64,000 nucleotides of DNA. Source: an uncultured Candidatus Poseidoniales archaeon (GTDB taxonomy: Archaea; Thermoplasmatota; Poseidoniia; Poseidoniales; Thalassarchaeaceae). Both the position numbers and the translations under genes were made by a program. How positions within the stretch are numbered: position 1 is the first letter of the stretch; each line of letters starts with the position of its first letter. Of this stretch, positions 58,976 through 64,000 are shown in pieces. Under the pieces are notes generated by a model that was not told the DNA's origin, did not search any database, and was given only the letters and a program-made list of their open reading frames with translations. Where the stretch lies: positions 8,528-72,527 of the forward strand of contig CACGIE010000001.1 of NCBI GenBank assembly GCA_902573015.1, given 5' to 3'.

Positions 58976-59461
58976 ATGGATCCCAAGGTACGTGTTTCTA
59001 CATTAATCCGAAGTCATGACGATCCGGACAAGGTCAAAGACTCTGTCACATCGATCTTTCCTGACTGGGAACCTAGTAATTTCCCAGAGAAATCCCCATT
59101 TCCTGTGACAAGAAGTTCAGAGGTAATTTCTGCAGAAATTCAGTCTATTGATTTTTTTCTATCGATCCTAAGGGAAAATAGAGTCCTGGACACCGCACTG
59201 GATGCCATGGCAATGAAGGCCCACGAGGGAGGGACGGTGTTCTATCTCTCTAGACAATCTGCCGCTATTGGGAAGGTTTCCTTCGTACTAGAGGGAAATG
59301 CACTTGGAGGTTTGATTGAAGTCAAATTGGATGGAAAGGACATAGAGATATGGCTAGAGCAACAGACTTGGCATATTGGAAGAGAAAGGGTCCCCAGGGA
59401 AGTAGGTGACGAGTATTCTATGGACTCCGATGGGGATGCCTCGGAATGGTTCCAATCATAA
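58976..59461 (+). CDS. UPF0201/COG1931-like predicted RNA-binding protein
   Basis: VRVSTLIRSHDDPDKVKDSV.SIFP, ILRENRVLDTALDAM and FYLSRQSAAIGKVSFV match my recollection of the archaeal UPF0201 family (..ptEd.eKV...; lnKQaA..G.v.f). Confidence 0.6.
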   Translation: MDPKVRVSTLIRSHDDPDKVKDSVTSIFPDWEPSNFPEKSPFPVTRSSEVISAEIQSIDFFLSILRENRVLDTALDAMAMKAHEGGTVFYLSRQSAAIGKVSFVLEGNALGGLIEVKLDGKDIEIWLEQQTWHIGRERVPREVGDEYSMDSDGDASEWFQS

Positions 59462-59596
59462 TGAGAGTCATCTAGTCTAAGTACGAACTACCGGATATTA
59501 TTTTCCCAATCTGGTATCGTACCAGTTGTCCATAGTTCTCATCTTCAGGTTTAGAATAGTCGGCAAATTCATGCCCTCGTAATATTCGCAGGCATT

Positions 59597-59929
59597 GTGG
59601 CGGAAGAGTACGTGGTCCAGATTGAGACCTCTGAAAAACAGGGATTCAGGCCTCTTGGGGTCGTATCTGCAATCTGGAGTGAGCTTAGTGGTGGAATCGG
59701 GCCATGGGGAGCAGTGCGGCCCCTATTTGCAGTAGCTCTCTCACTAGTTCCTTTCCTATTCCTTGGACAGCATTTCAACAGGCAGCACAGAAAGGCTGGA
59801 GAGTGGTTCTTAATCCAGTTTCCATTAATCCCTGCCTTTCTATGGCCGTTCTTATTCGTATGGTCTATTGCTGATGCTTGGTGGATCTCTAGTGGGATTG
59901 TAGCTTCATCACAGAATAGCCTGGACTAG
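59597..59929 (+). CDS. small membrane protein, hypothetical (GTG start)
   Basis: 110 aa with 2-3 hydrophobic segments. Confidence 0.4.
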   Translation: MAEEYVVQIETSEKQGFRPLGVVSAIWSELSGGIGPWGAVRPLFAVALSLVPFLFLGQHFNRQHRKAGEWFLIQFPLIPAFLWPFLFVWSIADAWWISSGIVASSQNSLD

Positions 59930-60462
59930 AAATCATCTCTCAGAGAAAGTGGACTGAAAAGAGCCCCTGGACTAGAAGCACCGGAGAGTTGTTTCCTTAT
60001 TTCGAATTCCCAATCTCTAAGTTCCTGTAAGGCTGGAACAAATTCCATTTGGCTCTCATTCAGAATTGTCCTAACCATCGTATCTAGAATGTCCATTCTG
60101 TCGTTATCTACCCTGTCAATTAACTTCTCTAGGGGGAATGACTCGATTCCAGGGAGTTCGATGTTTTCTTTCTCAGAATCTACTGGTAATGGATTCAAGA
60201 TAGCCAGTGGAAGTTCCTCCCCTGCTACTTCTGCGGCTTTCTCGAGAGATTCTAGTACAATTCTGATGTATTTTGAGACGACCAGTGCGACTTCGATTAT
60301 TGGCATACTTAGCTGATTTGTTAGATGAACCATATTTTCTCTGAGGAAAAGCAACTTCTCGTTCACCTCCGAGTTCGGAGTAGGAACGGTTCTCCCTTCA
60401 TCCATGATATTGTGAGGAGGCAGTAGCAAATGAAATGTAGAGTTAAGAAGTTCTGTCATCAT
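59926..60462 (-). CDS. hypothetical cytoplasmic helical protein, immediately downstream of the giant TSP3-repeat gene (alternative start at 60405)
   Basis: 178-aa ORF. Same strand as, and overlapping or abutting, the 3' end of 60443-64000. Confidence 0.5.
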   Translation of the reverse strand: MMTELLNSTFHLLLPPHNIMDEGRTVPTPNSEVNEKLLFLRENMVHLTNQLSMPIIEVALVVSKYIRIVLESLEKAAEVAGEELPLAILNPLPVDSEKENIELPGIESFPLEKLIDRVDNDRMDILDTMVRTILNESQMEFVPALQELRDWEFEIRKQLSGASSPGALFSPLSLRDDF

Positions 60463-63400
60463 AGCGAATTGGTGATCCGCTATTCCCCCTTATCCCATCC
60501 AACAGATCATCGTCTATCTCGAAGAAGTCATTCAACCAGTCCCCATCTGTATCCCAATTCGTAGGATCTGTGCCATCTGCGACCAAATCTCCGTCAATGT
60601 CCAGAATCCACCAACCATAGGCATACTCTCCCAGGCCAATGTTTGGAAGATGGAATCGATCTCCTGCAATCCTGTTGAACTCGTCGGTCCATGCCCCGTT
60701 AACCATGGTGACGTCGTTACTGGAGTTCACATCTTGGTATGAAACATCATTGTCGTCGATAATTAATGCATAAAGCATATCTTCGTCATTTATCCTGTTA
60801 ATCCTGAGGTAATTTGAGTCGGCTGTACTGGATCCTGAACAGGTTCCCAGGAGAGTCTCGCGAAGTTGCCACCACTCTTCGACATCATCACCTGAGCAGT
60901 CAAAGAGAGCTGATGCCCTAACTATGGAAGGGGAGGAGAGAGTAGCGTTTACAACTGCGTAGTATTCCTGGAAGTTGTTGTATGGGACATAATCACAGAC
61001 ACTCCCGGAGCAATCCCATTCTCCGTCATTATCCGCATCCTGAGTAGCATCGCTAGGGTCTGTAGCGTCATGGGTGAACCATGTCCAATCTAATTGAGGC
61101 CTGGTAATCTGTCCATCGGAAAACTGGATGGGTTTCCAATTCTGAGGCGTCACTTCGATCCACTGAACCTGAATTTTCAAGAAAGAAGACCAATTATCGT
61201 TAGTCTCGTTCCAACCCCTGTGGAACTCATAGAAATCTGGCATCATGTCTCCATCTGTATCATTATCCAATGGATTTGTTCCATACTTGAACATCTCTCT
61301 GCCATCTGAGAGGCTCATGTCTTGGCGATAGTCTACGACTACTCCATTGACAATAACGGGCACCATCATAACAGAGTCTGAGTCGGAATCCGGATCCAGC
61401 GGCCCTGTCCCATTTCTGTATTCCATAATATTGGTGAAATATAGGGAGTTGGCCCCGTTTCCAAACTGCTGATCATCTGAAAATGGAGAAAATGACCTAT
61501 CCTCCCAGACACCCTGAATTGCTGGATTATCCAGAATATCCCTATCCAACCAACCGTCTGCATCTGGGTCATAATCGACATCTAGAGGATTCAATGGGTT
61601 TAGCGACCAACGTAGTGAGTTTACTGGTAGAATCTCTGAATATACTGAATAGCAGTATTCCCAACCATCTGGCATCCCGTCTCCATCGGAGTCGCCGTCT
61701 GTGGGATCGCTGATGCCAATCAGAGATCTGTTGAAGTTATCGGGGTCTTCCTGGTTAATCAGCCCCATCTTCTCAGACGATTTCAAGCTCTTTGTGGAGA
61801 ATATGGAGTAAAGCCGATCCCATGCTGCTGAATTGGACAGTCCCTCCTCCTCGATTAGCGCATTTACGGTATCTCTTCCGTATGATACCGCAGTAGTTCC
61901 ATTTGGAACGTTCCCAACCTCTAGCCTCTTTCCGTACCACCTAGAGTCGAACTCAGCTAGATTGTCGAATGACTCAGAGTCAGAAATCTCACCATCCCCA
62001 TTGCAGTCAAACGAATCCTCATCGGAATCAAAATCTACATCAGTGTCGGTGAGGGGATTCATTGTCCATTTGTTCTCCTCGAGATCCCATTCAGAGAACC
62101 AGTACTCATACCCATCAACCATTCCATCCCTGTCAGTATCGGGATCCTTTGGGTCGGTTACTCCGAATATTGCTTGTAGCATCGGCTTTGCTGGCATCCC
62201 TGACTTCCATTCGAGGTACTGGTCCATTCCAAGGTCAGCCCTCCCCTCTTTACTGAATAAAATCCTAAAAACTCTATTTTCGAAGGCTAAGTTATCGATT
62301 TCTCGGGCTTCATCGCCAAAGGTTGGTACGCCCAGTGGATAGGTTTCCCCATTAATCGGTAAGTTGGAGGTTAGATTCAATTCCACCAAGTCTCCGACCC
62401 CATCTCCATCCGAGTCATACCCGCCCTGATTTGGAACTAGGGGATTTAGTGTCCATACTGAGTCAGTTGAGTTCCAAGTGGTGAAAATTACTTCTATCCC
62501 ATCTAACAACCCGTCCCCATCAGTATCGGGGTTGTTGGGATCAGACGAAGTGCCTGTTAAGCCAGCCTGTTCTGTCGACAGAAAATGACCAAATGATAGT
62601 GACGATTCTGCACCGATCCAGGGAGTCTCGACAAGAGCTCCGGCCGCGTCAGTCAGGTAGAACTGAGGAGATGAGATTGAGGGGTCTGACTCACTTATTT
62701 CGCTATCAATTGAATTATACTCTTCCCAATTTGACATTCCATCCAAATCTGGATCCCCTAGCCCGTCTCCTCCGTTAACTGGATTTAGGGTCCAGTCATC
62801 ATCAAACAAACTCCACCTGGCATTGAAAATCTCCCAACCATCTGGCATCCCATCGTTGTCCGAGTCTGAATTTAGAGGATCTGCCGAACCGATATCCTCT
62901 GTAGGCAGTCCAATCCACAGTGACAAGTAGTATTCACCGGTTCTCTCTCCGAATGCCTCGTTTGCCAGACCTTGCCATGAGTGGTGGGGCAAGGAGGAGG
63001 TGAAATTATCGGGATATTCAATTCCAGAGTGAGTTGAGTCCTGTAGAAGGATTTCTGATTTCATGTGATATTCTAACCAGTTAACAAAGGCCTCTTCTTG
63101 ATCAATGAGTCCGTTTTTGTTTACATCGAAACCATCGCCATCCGGATTCTTTAGTGCGTCAGAGCCATTCATTGGATTTATTCCTGAACTAGATGAGGGC
63201 CAGTTGCAGGAGTATCTTGCCTCCCAACCATCTGGTAGTGAGTCTCCGTCTGAGTCGACTTGGTTGGGGTTAGTAGGAGTCCAATTTAATACTGAATCGG
63301 GGGACTCCCCATGAGATTGAATTCCCGTAAGTATCGATCTTTCCCGCAGCCTTTCCCACTCGTACTCGCAAAGATTTGTCAGACCGTCGCCATCTGCGTC

Positions 63401-64000
63401 TTCGTTCGCATCATCTGGGTTATTCGGATCCAAAGTCCAGTCGTTTCCCCCAGTATATACGTCCCCTATCCATCTCCTATGCTTTACTTCCCATCCGTCC
63501 GGCATCCCATCGCCATCCGAATCGGGATTGGTCGGATCAGTGGGCAAATCACTACCACCGCTGGATCCGGTCCCAGTCCACCCACCCATGTGGACATCTG
63601 ATGCAGATTGACCAAGGGCAGAATCACAGAGATATTGTTGATTGAGATAATGACACTCGAAGTTAGTGGGATCTAGGAACCATCCCCAGTATTCTTCGCC
63701 ATCGGTTAGACCATCTCCATCAGTGTCTGAAACTCTGGGATCTGTGCCATTGTATCCGTATTCAGAGGGAGCTGTGAAGCGATATTCTTCCAAATTACTC
63801 CAGTATCTGTCAAATCCGAAACCGATTCCGACGCCGATAGACACTCCATCTGCGTCATTATCCCTTGAGCCATCGAATGGGTCTGTTGGATCCAGCCCAT
63901 AGGCAAACTCCCAACCATCGGGCATCCCATCTAGATCAGAGTCATGTGAGTGTGGGTCCATTGGCGCGATATTCATGAATCTCCCTGGGGATATTCCAGC
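60443..64000 (-). CDS. giant secreted protein built of thrombospondin type-3-like Ca-binding repeats (DxDxDG..DGWE); 5' end beyond the right edge (partial)
   Basis: At least 10 copies of motifs such as DSDGDGMPDGWE, DSDNDGMPDGWE, DTDRDGMVDGYE and DTDGDGLLDGIE, alternating with W(T/S)LNP(L/V). The frame upstream of the first ATG (63976) is open to position 64000 (AGISPGRF-MNIAP...), so the track start is probably internal. Confidence 0.85.
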   Translation of the reverse strand, partial: AGISPGRFMNIAPMDPHSHDSDLDGMPDGWEFAYGLDPTDPFDGSRDNDADGVSIGVGIGFGFDRYWSNLEEYRFTAPSEYGYNGTDPRVSDTDGDGLTDGEEYWGWFLDPTNFECHYLNQQYLCDSALGQSASDVHMGGWTGTGSSGGSDLPTDPTNPDSDGDGMPDGWEVKHRRWIGDVYTGGNDWTLDPNNPDDANEDADGDGLTNLCEYEWERLRERSILTGIQSHGESPDSVLNWTPTNPNQVDSDGDSLPDGWEARYSCNWPSSSSGINPMNGSDALKNPDGDGFDVNKNGLIDQEEAFVNWLEYHMKSEILLQDSTHSGIEYPDNFTSSLPHHSWQGLANEAFGERTGEYYLSLWIGLPTEDIGSADPLNSDSDNDGMPDGWEIFNARWSLFDDDWTLNPVNGGDGLGDPDLDGMSNWEEYNSIDSEISESDPSISSPQFYLTDAAGALVETPWIGAESSLSFGHFLSTEQAGLTGTSSDPNNPDTDGDGLLDGIEVIFTTWNSTDSVWTLNPLVPNQGGYDSDGDGVGDLVELNLTSNLPINGETYPLGVPTFGDEAREIDNLAFENRVFRILFSKEGRADLGMDQYLEWKSGMPAKPMLQAIFGVTDPKDPDTDRDGMVDGYEYWFSEWDLEENKWTMNPLTDTDVDFDSDEDSFDCNGDGEISDSESFDNLAEFDSRWYGKRLEVGNVPNGTTAVSYGRDTVNALIEEEGLSNSAAWDRLYSIFSTKSLKSSEKMGLINQEDPDNFNRSLIGISDPTDGDSDGDGMPDGWEYCYSVYSEILPVNSLRWSLNPLNPLDVDYDPDADGWLDRDILDNPAIQGVWEDRSFSPFSDDQQFGNGANSLYFTNIMEYRNGTGPLDPDSDSDSVMMVPVIVNGVVVDYRQDMSLSDGREMFKYGTNPLDNDTDGDMMPDFYEFHRGWNETNDNWSSFLKIQVQWIEVTPQNWKPIQFSDGQITRPQLDWTWFTHDATDPSDATQDADNDGEWDCSGSVCDYVPYNNFQEYYAVVNATLSSPSIVRASALFDCSGDDVEEWWQLRETLLGTCSGSSTADSNYLRINRINDEDMLYALIIDDNDVSYQDVNSSNDVTMVNGAWTDEFNRIAGDRFHLPNIGLGEYAYGWWILDIDGDLVADGTDPTNWDTDGDWLNDFFEIDDDLLDGIRGNSGSPIRYDDRTS

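Noticed and set aside
60443-64000. Recurrent ~21-35-nt DNA motif (ctcccaaccatctggcatccc...) as a CRISPR-like or non-coding tandem repeat
   Set aside because: The copies are irregularly spaced (hundreds of nt apart), imperfect and in-frame. They encode the DGMPDGWE calcium-binding motif of one long ORF.

Overview
Gene-dense 64-kb archaeal chromosomal segment, about 58 protein genes plus one tRNA and a 23S-5S rRNA unit. Archaeal hallmarks include the rpoH-rpoB-rpoA1-rpoA2-rpl30e operon with an unsplit RpoB, aIF6, RNase P proteins Pop5 and Rpp21, ArcS, type II GAPDH, archaeal PheRS-beta and GluRS, and S15. The unsplit RpoB, a 23S-5S unit with no 16S, a bacterial-type Adk and several very large secreted proteins fit a Thermoplasmatota-like lineage. 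It could be an uncultured marine group II/III euryarchaeote, but that is inference only. I saw no CRISPR array, transposase, integrase or recognisable defence system. The most unusual content is listed below. (1) An 18.6-25.4 kb operon encodes a Rieske/cytochrome b module. Its cytochrome b C-terminal (subunit IV-like) protein is fused, through extra TM helices and an outward-facing domain, to a cytoplasmic HdrD/GlpC-like 2x[4Fe-4S] + 2xCCG module. The operon also carries a secreted CxCH protein and a small ferredoxin. (2) The RNA polymerase genes carry lineage-specific additions. A homologous helix-hairpin-helix-like N-terminal domain sits on both RpoH and RpoA''. A Cys-rich insertion of about 145 aa sits in RpoA'. 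The operon lies 47 nt behind a tRNA-Lys with only a hairpin and T6 in between. (3) Three tandem coiled-coil paralogues. (4) A protein-methyltransferase/biotin-ligase fusion. (5) A short divergent FtsZ-family protein paired with a TPR protein. (6) A truncated RecJ/DHH-like protein with degenerate motifs next to rps15. (7) Three apparent 1-nt frameshifts, each inside a G/C homopolymer of 8-9 nt. Each splits an otherwise continuous gene; this is probably a sequencing artefact but worth checking. All calls rest on reading the translations and the DNA by eye; no database searches were run.
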